From the NCBI GenBank assembly GCA_001825155.1, contig MHVH01000005.1:70413-134412 (forward strand): a stretch of 64,000 bases of DNA, given 5' to 3'. How positions within the stretch are numbered: the stretch's first letter is position 1; every line of letters begins with the position of its first letter. Made by a program: the position numbers and the translations under genes. Under the pieces are notes generated by a model that was not told where the DNA came from, did not search any database, and was given only the letters and a program-made list of their open reading frames with translations. The DNA is from Candidatus Zambryskibacteria bacterium RIFCSPHIGHO2_01_FULL_46_25 (GTDB lineage: Bacteria > Patescibacteriota > Minisyncoccia > Phycocordibacterales > Zambryskibacteraceae). Of this stretch, positions 55,455-64,000 are shown in pieces.

Positions 55455-56057
55455 TCAGGATTCCAGATTTTTTATATCTTCCAGAAGCTCAGGGAATTCG
55501 GGCATATTCAGATGCCCGCGGTCTTCAAAAATCCTGATTTTCGCATTCGGCAGAGCCTGTTGGAATTTCCCCAGCGATGAAAACGGCACAACCGGGTCAT
55601 CTTTACTATGATATATCATAGTATTCTCTGTTTGGAGATCGAGCTTCTCCGGCAGAGCGAAGCTTAAGAGAGAATAGCCTTCGCTATCTTTTTCATAAAC
55701 TCCGGCGACGAGCATTATGGCCCCGATTTTCTTCGGGAATTTGTTTTCGGAAAGATATTTTGCGAGAAACGAACTACCGAGAGAGTGTCCAATAAGGATA
55801 ACACCATCATTGAGAAACGGGATAAATTTCTCAAACCAAAGTTTCCATTCTTCAAACCTAGCATTGGTCCTGTTGGGCATCATGGGAATAATGACATCGT
55901 ATTTTCCAGCCAGCTTTTCTCTTAGCCACGGCTTCCAGTCGTCTGTGCTACTCTTCCACCTATCGATGTCAATTTCATAATTTCGCAGAAAATTCAGATA
56001 CTCTTCGTATGTCGCGAATGTGTCTCCCCCACCAATGATGAGTACCTGCTTTTTCAT
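55455..56057 (-). CDS. RBBP9/YdeN alpha/beta hydrolase
   Basis: GHSLG, HSKDDPVVP, GHL. Confidence 0.9.
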   Translation of the reverse strand: MKKQVLIIGGGDTFATYEEYLNFLRNYEIDIDRWKSSTDDWKPWLREKLAGKYDVIIPMMPNRTNARFEEWKLWFEKFIPFLNDGVILIGHSLGSSFLAKYLSENKFPKKIGAIMLVAGVYEKDSEGYSLLSFALPEKLDLQTENTMIYHSKDDPVVPFSSLGKFQQALPNAKIRIFEDRGHLNMPEFPELLEDIKNLES

Positions 56058-56145
56058 AAAGATATTCTACCAATTTAAGTGAATTGACACTCTTTGACAA
56101 GAGAGTAAACTAGTGTCAGAACTGAAACAAACAAGGAGAATTACC

Positions 56146-57174
56146 GTGAACATTCACTATGTCTGGGGGAAGGCCGATTCTTTGCGAGGAGGCCTTTATC
56201 ATCTTCGCACCAAGGATGGCCGGAGGCGCCGGCCGGAGTATGTGACTGAATTCGGAGTGGAGTCGTTTGTCGACGATGAGTGCGCCATCCTCGAGAGCAA
56301 GGCGTTCCGAAACATGGCGCGCAAGACACAGGTCGTGACGATTCCGCAAAGCGCCATGATCAGGAATCGGCTCTCTCACGTAATGGAGGTTGTGGGCCAG
56401 GCGACTCGGCTTTCCGAGGCGCTTGGACTCAACACCAATCTGGTGAGAGCCGCCTCGCTTGGGCATGACATGGGACATGTCCCGTTTGGACATCCCGGCG
56501 AAGCCTGGATGCAGGGAGCTATGAAGCGCCACGACTTCTGCCACGAAGTGATGGGTGTCGTCATCGCCCAACATATCGAGCGACGCGGGCGAGGACTCGA
56601 CCTCTGTCACGAAACGCTCGAGGCCATGATGCGCCACAGCGGCAACCTGGCGAAGGAAGGCATGACCCAGGAAGCCTGGCTCTTGAGGTACGCCGACAAA
56701 ATTGCGTACCTCTTCCACGACGTGAACGACATCTTGGACCGTCTCGGATATCCCGCGAAGCCGGAGCTCCTTCAACTCATCGACGAGTTCGGCGACAACC
56801 AGAGGAGGCGAACCAGGACCGCGAGGTCCGGTCTCATCATCGAATCTGTCGAACTCGGGCGAGTGAGCTTCGAGGAATTGGAGCTTGGCATCAAGTTCCA
56901 GAAACTTCGGGATCTCATGTACGAGATTTACCCGAAGGTCATCGACCAGAACGTGGGAGCCACTATGGAGAAACTCCTCCGCGCTCTGGAAACGTTCGAC
57001 CTCGCCGACCCCTTTATGCTCCTCGCCTTGATGAACGATACTGACGCCATCTACCTTTCGTCGGTGGCATCGCCGAGCATGGAGGCATTCAAGAGAACGG
57101 ACCTGTGGGAAATCCGCCCGTATCTCGCCGAGATCGGCAAGGTGGACCTCTGCGACCCAGACCTTAATTGGTAA
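56146..57174 (+). CDS. HD-domain dNTP triphosphohydrolase (dGTPase-like)
   Basis: AFR.M..KTQV, RNRLSH.MEV, GHDMGHVPFGHPGE, ADKIAY..HD..D; GTG with AAGGAG RBS. Confidence 0.88.
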   Translation: MNIHYVWGKADSLRGGLYHLRTKDGRRRRPEYVTEFGVESFVDDECAILESKAFRNMARKTQVVTIPQSAMIRNRLSHVMEVVGQATRLSEALGLNTNLVRAASLGHDMGHVPFGHPGEAWMQGAMKRHDFCHEVMGVVIAQHIERRGRGLDLCHETLEAMMRHSGNLAKEGMTQEAWLLRYADKIAYLFHDVNDILDRLGYPAKPELLQLIDEFGDNQRRRTRTARSGLIIESVELGRVSFEELELGIKFQKLRDLMYEIYPKVIDQNVGATMEKLLRALETFDLADPFMLLALMNDTDAIYLSSVASPSMEAFKRTDLWEIRPYLAEIGKVDLCDPDLNW

Positions 57175-57203
57175 ATTAAGGTCAAATTGGTAGTTCGCGT
57201 TCG

Positions 57204-57232
57204 AAGGGCCGCCACAGCGTGGCGGCCCTTTT
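57204..57232. terminator. Terminator between convergent genes
   Basis: AAGGGCCGCCAC/GTGGCGGCCCTT plus T-run. Confidence 0.85.
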
Positions 57233-58435
57233 CTATTGCAATAAATTCTCTATCTCCACCAGTCGTTCGTATTTGCGGGCTTTTTCTTTCTGCCTCAGCG
57301 AGCCGGCTTTGATGAAGTCACACTCGAGTCCAACGGCCAAGTCGGAGATGAAGGTATCAAACGTCTCCCCCGCTCTATGCGAGACAAACGGCGTCATGCT
57401 GGCCTTCTTTGCCGCGTTTACCGCGCCTATGGTCTCGCTCAAGGTACCAATCTGATTCGGCTTGATGAGAACTGAGTTCACCGCTCTTGTTTGCGCCGCC
57501 TTATCAATCCTTTTTATATTGGTGCAAAGCAGGTCATCTCCGATAATAAGCATTTTCTCTCCAAGCGATTTCATCATGGCGGTAAATCCATCCCAGTCGT
57601 CTTGAGCAAAGCCATCTTCTATATAAGCTAGAGGGTGTTTTGTCGCCAATTCTTCATACCATTTCAAGAGTTCATCCCGATTAAATTTATTTTTTCCAAT
57701 CTCGTATAAACCGTTTTTATAGAAGCTGGACGCTGCCGCGTCTATACCGATTTTAATTTGTTCGAGAGAATAGCCGGCATTCTTTATCGCCTCTTCTATC
57801 ATCACGACCGCTTCCTCATTCGAGCCAAGCTTCGGAGCGAAGCCGCCTTCCGCTCCATAAGAAATGCTAAAACCTTTTATTAAAATCAGCTCCCGCAGAG
57901 CGGCAATCACCTTCCCCGCCGAAGACACCTTCGCGCGGAAACCGGAAATGCCCACGGGCACCATCCAGAATTCCTGGAGCTCAAGGCCGCTATCAGAATG
58001 CATACCGCCCTCTATGATATTGAGTGCCGGCACCGGAGGAACAAAGTGCTCGTTCCCGGCAATTTTGCCTATATATTCGAAGAGCTCCAAACTAAGCTCC
58101 TTGGCACAAGCGCGAGCGAAGGCATAAGAGACGGCGAGCGCGGCATTGGCTCCCAGCCGCGATTTGCTAGCCGTGCCATCGAGATTTATGAGCGCTTCAT
58201 CGAGGCTCTTCTGGTCGAATTCCCGCCCCGCTAGACTCGCCGCAATCTCACCATCTACATTTGCCACAGCCTGCGACGCTCCAAGCTCTACCGCTTCGTG
58301 GATACCCACGCTTGTGCCGGATGGCACGGAAGCCACTCCCTCCGCTCCGCTCTCGAGCTCGCACAAGACTTCGACAGTCAACTTGCCTTTAGAGTCTGGA
58401 ATCTCTTTCGCTTTAAGTAATTTTATCTTCGCCAT
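57233..58435 (-). CDS. eno: Enolase
   Basis: PSGTS.G.HEA, LGANA, GAEGG, GDDL, IKPNQIG, SHRAGET. Confidence 0.95.
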   Translation of the reverse strand: MAKIKLLKAKEIPDSKGKLTVEVLCELESGAEGVASVPSGTSVGIHEAVELGASQAVANVDGEIAASLAGREFDQKSLDEALINLDGTASKSRLGANAALAVSYAFARACAKELSLELFEYIGKIAGNEHFVPPVPALNIIEGGMHSDSGLELQEFWMVPVGISGFRAKVSSAGKVIAALRELILIKGFSISYGAEGGFAPKLGSNEEAVVMIEEAIKNAGYSLEQIKIGIDAAASSFYKNGLYEIGKNKFNRDELLKWYEELATKHPLAYIEDGFAQDDWDGFTAMMKSLGEKMLIIGDDLLCTNIKRIDKAAQTRAVNSVLIKPNQIGTLSETIGAVNAAKKASMTPFVSHRAGETFDTFISDLAVGLECDFIKAGSLRQKEKARKYERLVEIENLLQ

Positions 58436-58444
58436 ATCAAAATA

Positions 58445-59242
58445 TTAGAGGGGTCTGAATGCCAGTTTGCCGGCCAAATGCCTTTCGGCTTCCAATATTA
58501 CTTTTTCCATGGCGGTTACGGCCTCGACTGGATGCTCGCCCACGGAAGTTTCTTCGGAGAGCATTACGGCATCAGAGCCTTGGAGAATGGCATTCGCCAC
58601 ATCCGTTACTTCCGCTCGGCTGGGTCTGTCGTTGCGAACCATGGAGAGAAACATTTCTGTCGCGGTTATAACCGGCTTCCCGGCCGCCTTGCACTTGGAA
58701 ATTATGTCAGCTTGGATAAAAGGGATTTTCTCAAGCGACACCTCATGTCCTAGGTCTCCGCGCGCAATCATAATAGCGTCCGATGAATTTATAATGCCAT
58801 AAAGATTTTCGAGAGCCTCTTTCCTCTCAATCTTGGCAATAATCTTTTGCTTGCCGCGGCAATTACTTATTTCCCTCCTGTATGCCTCCACATCTTCCGC
58901 CGAAGCGACAAATGAGAGCGCTACCCAATCAATATCCTTCTCTGCTCCGAACACAAGAGACTTCCTGTCCTGCTCCGTCACGCCGGACCGGCCGGGCTCG
59001 TAGCTATGCCCCCCTCCGGCAGCCTTCCTCGATCCGGGCAAATCTTGGATGATAGGAATCTTTTTGCCGTGCTTGCGCTCAAGCCTGCGAATCGTTTCCA
59101 GCTGACTCTCTCGTCTGCCGAAGTCCGACCAAGCGAAGTTGAATCTCACTACGTCCATTCCGTGCTCAAGCATGGCTTCGAGAACATACTCCTTCTCCGA
59201 TGCCGGACCTATGGTTACGATAATTTGCGCTTTCGATATCAT
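58445..59242 (-). CDS. pyk: Pyruvate kinase, barrel-only short form
   Basis: TIGPAS, RFNF, IAKIE, IMIARGDLG, ITATEM, RAEVTDVANA, MLSEET. Confidence 0.9.
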   Translation of the reverse strand: MISKAQIIVTIGPASEKEYVLEAMLEHGMDVVRFNFAWSDFGRRESQLETIRRLERKHGKKIPIIQDLPGSRKAAGGGHSYEPGRSGVTEQDRKSLVFGAEKDIDWVALSFVASAEDVEAYRREISNCRGKQKIIAKIERKEALENLYGIINSSDAIMIARGDLGHEVSLEKIPFIQADIISKCKAAGKPVITATEMFLSMVRNDRPSRAEVTDVANAILQGSDAVMLSEETSVGEHPVEAVTAMEKVILEAERHLAGKLAFRPL

Positions 59243-59243
59243 A

Positions 59244-59876
59244 TTATGCCGGTACTTCTGATTCTGTTTGCCTCACTTCCTTCTTAACCGTGCGCCCTTC
59301 GCCGTCAACCTCGTATATAAAAATTGCGCCGAATGGCATCTCGATATCTGCAATACCATCGTCGGAAATATTTTCAATATATTTTATCAGCGCCCGGACA
59401 GAATTTCCGTGCGCCACCACTAATACATTTTTCCCCTCCTTAACCTTAGGCAAAATATTTTGCATGAAATAAGGCAGGACGCGCCCATAAACCATTTTCA
59501 AAGTCTCGCCATTCGGTATGGGATAATCCCAACCGCGGCGGAGCTTCTTATATTCCTCCCCTCCCAGAAGTTTCTCCATATCCCACTTGTTCTTGCCAGT
59601 ATAATCCCCATAATCGCGCTCATTCAGTGCTGCGGAATGCTCGGTCGGTATTTCATAGCGCTTGCAAACATTGAGCATGCAAGAAAGAGTTTCTATGCTC
59701 CGCACCAACATCGATGCGAAAGCCTGATCAACCTTAATATCTTGTATGAGAAGTCCCATATCCTCAGACTTTTTGAAACCATACGGGTCAAGATGCCGAT
59801 CGCGAAGACCCGTCCATTTTCCTTCCTTGTTCCACTCCGATTCGTGATGCCGGGCGAGAATGAGCTTACCGGTCAT
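59244..59876 (-). CDS. gpmA: 2,3-BPG-dependent phosphoglycerate mutase
   Basis: RHHESEWN, LNERDYG, AHGNSVRA. Confidence 0.92.
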   Translation of the reverse strand: MTGKLILARHHESEWNKEGKWTGLRDRHLDPYGFKKSEDMGLLIQDIKVDQAFASMLVRSIETLSCMLNVCKRYEIPTEHSAALNERDYGDYTGKNKWDMEKLLGGEEYKKLRRGWDYPIPNGETLKMVYGRVLPYFMQNILPKVKEGKNVLVVAHGNSVRALIKYIENISDDGIADIEMPFGAIFIYEVDGEGRTVKKEVRQTESEVPA

Positions 59877-60853
59877 GGCATTGGGTTTACTAAGTTTCTG
59901 GGCGTAGCACCTTCGAGAAAATCGATGACGTTGTCTGCCGCGAGTTCAGCCATCTGGTTTCTCGCCTCAATACTCGCGGAGGCGATGTGTGGCGTAAGAA
60001 TTATGTTCTGGAGCTTGATGAGCCCGTCTGATATCTTCGGCTCGAATTCGAAGACGTCGAGAGCGGCGCCGGCGATAACACCTGTCTTTAAAGCTTCTTC
60101 AAGTGCCGATTCCTCGACCACCGGTCCGCGGGAGGTGTTAATGAGAAAACTGGTGGGCTTCATCTTACTGAAACTCTCTTTGTTCATGAGATGCCTTGTG
60201 GACTCAAAAAGCGGTACGTGGAGTGATACGATATCCGCTTCGCTCAAAACTTCTTCAAGCGAACTCTTGTATACTGCTCCGCATTCCGCTTCGAATTTTT
60301 CATTCCTTGCCACATCGGTATAAACAATCTTCATGCCAAGACCCCGAGCGTATTTGCCTACTCTGCCGCCAATCCTGCCGGCGCCGACTATGCCAAGCGT
60401 TTTCCCCAGTACATCGGTACCGATGAAGTTCATGGGCGACCAGCCTTGGTAAAGACCCTTTCGCACGTATTCGTCCGACTCGACAATGCGCGCCGCCAGA
60501 GCAAGCATCAGGGCGATGGTGTGCTCCGCCACCGCTTCCGATGTGAGCTCCGCCGGAGCATTCGCCACCATAATGCCGCGTCGACCGGCTTCGGCAACAT
60601 CTATGTTGTCGAAGCCGGTCGCATAATTCGCGTAGAGCTTTACCGAAGGAGTTGCGTCAAAGATTTTCGAATCGATTTTATCCGTAAGCAGCGTTATCAC
60701 CGCGTCATAGGGTTTCGTTTTAAGAAACCCTAAAAGTTGATCCTGTGTCGGAATGGATTCGCTCTCGTTTACATCCACTTCATATCCCTTATCTCGAAGT
60801 TTTTGAATTCCTATTTCCGGAATTTTCCGCGTCACAAAAATAACCTTTGTCAT
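59873..60853 (-). CDS. D-2-hydroxyacid (glycerate/glyoxylate) dehydrogenase
   Basis: GFDNID, GAGRIG, INTSRG, LDVFE.EP, TPHIAS. Confidence 0.92.
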   Translation of the reverse strand: MTKVIFVTRKIPEIGIQKLRDKGYEVDVNESESIPTQDQLLGFLKTKPYDAVITLLTDKIDSKIFDATPSVKLYANYATGFDNIDVAEAGRRGIMVANAPAELTSEAVAEHTIALMLALAARIVESDEYVRKGLYQGWSPMNFIGTDVLGKTLGIVGAGRIGGRVGKYARGLGMKIVYTDVARNEKFEAECGAVYKSSLEEVLSEADIVSLHVPLFESTRHLMNKESFSKMKPTSFLINTSRGPVVEESALEEALKTGVIAGAALDVFEFEPKISDGLIKLQNIILTPHIASASIEARNQMAELAADNVIDFLEGATPRNLVNPMP

Positions 60854-60882
60854 GGCTAGATTATAACACCAATCGGCGGGTA

Positions 60883-62040
<1,158 letters not shown>

Positions 62041-62237
62041 GAATCTATTACTAAGACCGGTGGGTCTTGGCAATAGATTGACTAAACGCCTGCCCTTCAT
62101 AGCCTTGCGCGAAGAAGGGAAACCCTTGAGTACTTAATACTCCCCAAGTATATACTATCTAAAATTAGTTGTCAATATCCCACCCTCACTCCCTCCCCGA
62201 CATACTATGTCGAGGAAGAGTTATTGGGTTATAAATC

Positions 62238-62597
62238 AAAAATCCGAGCATGAAGCTCGGACTACTCAAAAGATCGCGTGTTCTTGAAATACGGTCTGGA
62301 AGTTGCAGACTCTGCACCGGACCTATGCAGTCTTACCTTGTCTGCAACTTCCCTACCAGGAGGGAGCCTTCTCCTCTCCCATCAGAGAGACTTTCGAGAC
62401 TCGAGCGGCCAGAGCCGCCTCTAGTAACTGTCTTCCTCCAGTTGGCCGGGTGGCTTCGTGGCAACGGCGACCTAGGATGACCGTTGATGCGACTCCTTCT
62501 CCCGCTGGAAGCTGAGGTCGTCGGCCTGCATCGCCGATCCTCGCGGAGTTACGTACTTGGTACCACCGGGACATTCCCGCATCTCTCCTGATCTGGG
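62238..62597 (-). ncRNA. Candidate ~360-nt structured RNA (or small-ORF unit)
   Basis: Promoter TTGACA-16-TAATAT (62603-62630), 13-bp stem 62298-62310/62340-62352, terminator 62243-62261. Confidence 0.45.
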
Positions 62598-62640
62598 TAG
62601 AGATATTACTCAAATTAAAATGCGTGTCAAATATCAGTAT

Positions 62641-63282
62641 TTAAATATGTACTACTGGACCATAAAAGCATTCTTCTTTTCCGGAATACGCGGCCCACAT
62701 TCTGTCGCCGTATGAGTAGTGCCACCATTCGAGCGGATAATTCGCGAAACCAGCTTTTGTCATCGCGTCATATAAAACCTTCCTGTTTCTCCTCTGCTCG
62801 TCTGTTATCAAGTTATTTTCGGTATGCACCTTTACTCCGAAGTCAGTCAGCGCTGTTCCCATATCCAGCCTATTCCCCCGCTCATCGAGCACAGTAACAT
62901 CCACAGCGCCTCCATACTGGTGAGAAGAACCTCCTGGGGGTGAAGTGTATCTGTTTACCAGCCTTCTCCATTTCGGGTATTGGAAAATCATTAGAAAGAA
63001 GTGCTTCCTGGCTAGTTGCTTCTGCCTCCGTGCGTATAGTTCTTTCTGCATCCAGATTGGCCTGTAAGCGGTTACGATGAGCAATTTGTAGCCGGGAGGC
63101 AAGTTGTCGGCTACGGCATAAAGTAATTCTTGAGCCGATTTTCTCAAGCGGGCATCCAGATACCTATGTTCCTTCAGAAGCGATATGCGCTCTGTTTCTC
63201 GAATTTCCACCAGAGGTTCCCCATTCTCAACAATCTTTACTTTCTGTATCTCCTCAAGCGGCAGTCCTTTCGTAATTTGCAT
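62641..63282 (-). CDS. D-Ala-D-Ala dipeptidase (M15, VanX/DdpX-like)
   Basis: AYRP, SSHQYGGAVD, LDMGT, EWWHY. Confidence 0.9.
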   Translation of the reverse strand: MQITKGLPLEEIQKVKIVENGEPLVEIRETERISLLKEHRYLDARLRKSAQELLYAVADNLPPGYKLLIVTAYRPIWMQKELYARRQKQLARKHFFLMIFQYPKWRRLVNRYTSPPGGSSHQYGGAVDVTVLDERGNRLDMGTALTDFGVKVHTENNLITDEQRRNRKVLYDAMTKAGFANYPLEWWHYSYGDRMWAAYSGKEECFYGPVVHI

Positions 63283-63402
63283 GGTTTAAAGAATATCACG
63301 TGCTGGTTGGATACTTGCCATACCAAAGCTTGGTGCGAAGGATGGGAATGAGATTGGAACCATTCTAACCCAACATCTTTAAGGTTGAAGCTAGTTTGAC
63401 TA

Positions 63403-63999
63403 CTACATGAGAAAGATTAGAGCTAAACCACTAATAACAATTGACCATAGACGTTTGTCTTTCAAAAAATCCAGCCTCCCAACATATCTTCTTTTTGAGG
63501 AAAACAGCATAGATACTATTATCATAAAGATAATCAAAATCAGCGCCATTCCCAACATAAGATTTAATGTGTCCCGAGCGGTCAAATTAGCAGTGGCGAT
63601 GGTTATATTGGTTAATATAAAAGCGATAATGGCTGAAAATATACCTAAAATTTCGATTAGTCTTTTTTGTTCTCCTCGTATTTTTTGCTCTATACTATCC
63701 TCAAAAAAATCTACTCTTTCCATCATCATCTGAAAGTCATTCAATCTATCACTCAAACTATTCAGTCGAGTTTCAATATCCCACTTACCAAGACCGACTA
63801 TTTTTACCTTACTAAGAAACTCTCTTTCGTTCTTAATTAAAACCTCAGCTTCAGTAATTTTTTTCTTTTTAAGAAGTTGTTCAAAATATTGTTTAACTGC
63901 AAGAAAATAATTATATACGAAAATGGCGTTATCTTCGTCTAATTTAATGGCTGTTCTATGTTCATCTAAAGCATTCTCAAAAGTAAAATTTGATGCTAA
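63403..63999 (-). CDS. TPR-like protein with C-terminal TMs (partial, starts outside window)
   Basis: Frame is open from the window end: FENALDEHRTAIKLDEDNA...; three C-terminal hydrophobic segments; AT-rich. Confidence 0.7.
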   Translation of the reverse strand, partial: LASNFTFENALDEHRTAIKLDEDNAIFVYNYFLAVKQYFEQLLKKKKITEAEVLIKNEREFLSKVKIVGLGKWDIETRLNSLSDRLNDFQMMMERVDFFEDSIEQKIRGEQKRLIEILGIFSAIIAFILTNITIATANLTARDTLNLMLGMALILIIFMIIVSMLFSSKRRYVGRLDFLKDKRLWSIVISGLALIFLM

Positions 64000-64000
64000 A

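Noticed and set aside
54852-56057. Tandem YdeN hydrolases as a special system
   Set aside because: Divergent paralogs of a common family with no associated repeats or partners
62198-62212. Short palindrome CGACATACTATGTCG
   Set aside because: Single copy in the window; too short to support a call
62641-63282. Vancomycin-resistance locus
   Set aside because: Lone M15 dipeptidase; no vanA/H/R/S cluster in the window

Overview
Gene-dense bacterial chromosome segment, mostly on the minus strand. Gene content points to Patescibacteria (CPR, Parcubacteria-like); this is inferred from compact tsf/prfA/pyk, split transketolase, GxxExxY, PaaX/Cas2-like and PemK-like orphans, and many leaderless starts. 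Core genes: copA(part)/csoR, mraZ-rsmH-ftsL-like-pbp, gyrB, a single-chain mitochondrial-type PheRS, rpsB/tsf/prfA/rpmE2/rplY, two central-carbon clusters (fba/pfkB/tkt/rpe/rpiB/gap and eno/pyk/gpmA/2-hydroxyacid dehydrogenase), groES/EL, secG, rnj, pyrG, ftsEX, and tRNA-Thr(TGT), -Ser(GGA), -Gln(CTG). No CRISPR array, integrase or transposase was seen. The main non-coding signals are: (1) two PaaX/Cas2-like genes, each bracketed by its own pair of 36-bp palindromic direct repeats; (2) two orphan RNase-toxin-like genes, each faced by a convergent promoter-driven small RNA sharing AGGGCUUCGGC; (3) a 2.9-kb island beside tRNA-Gln bounded by 43-bp inverted repeats; (4) a GxxExxY gene inside mirror-spaced CGAAT/ATTCG repeats, with an empty copy elsewhere; (5) several promoter-to-terminator units lacking a convincing ORF (candidate ncRNAs); (6) self-contained single-gene units. 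All product calls come from motif recognition by eye, with no database search.
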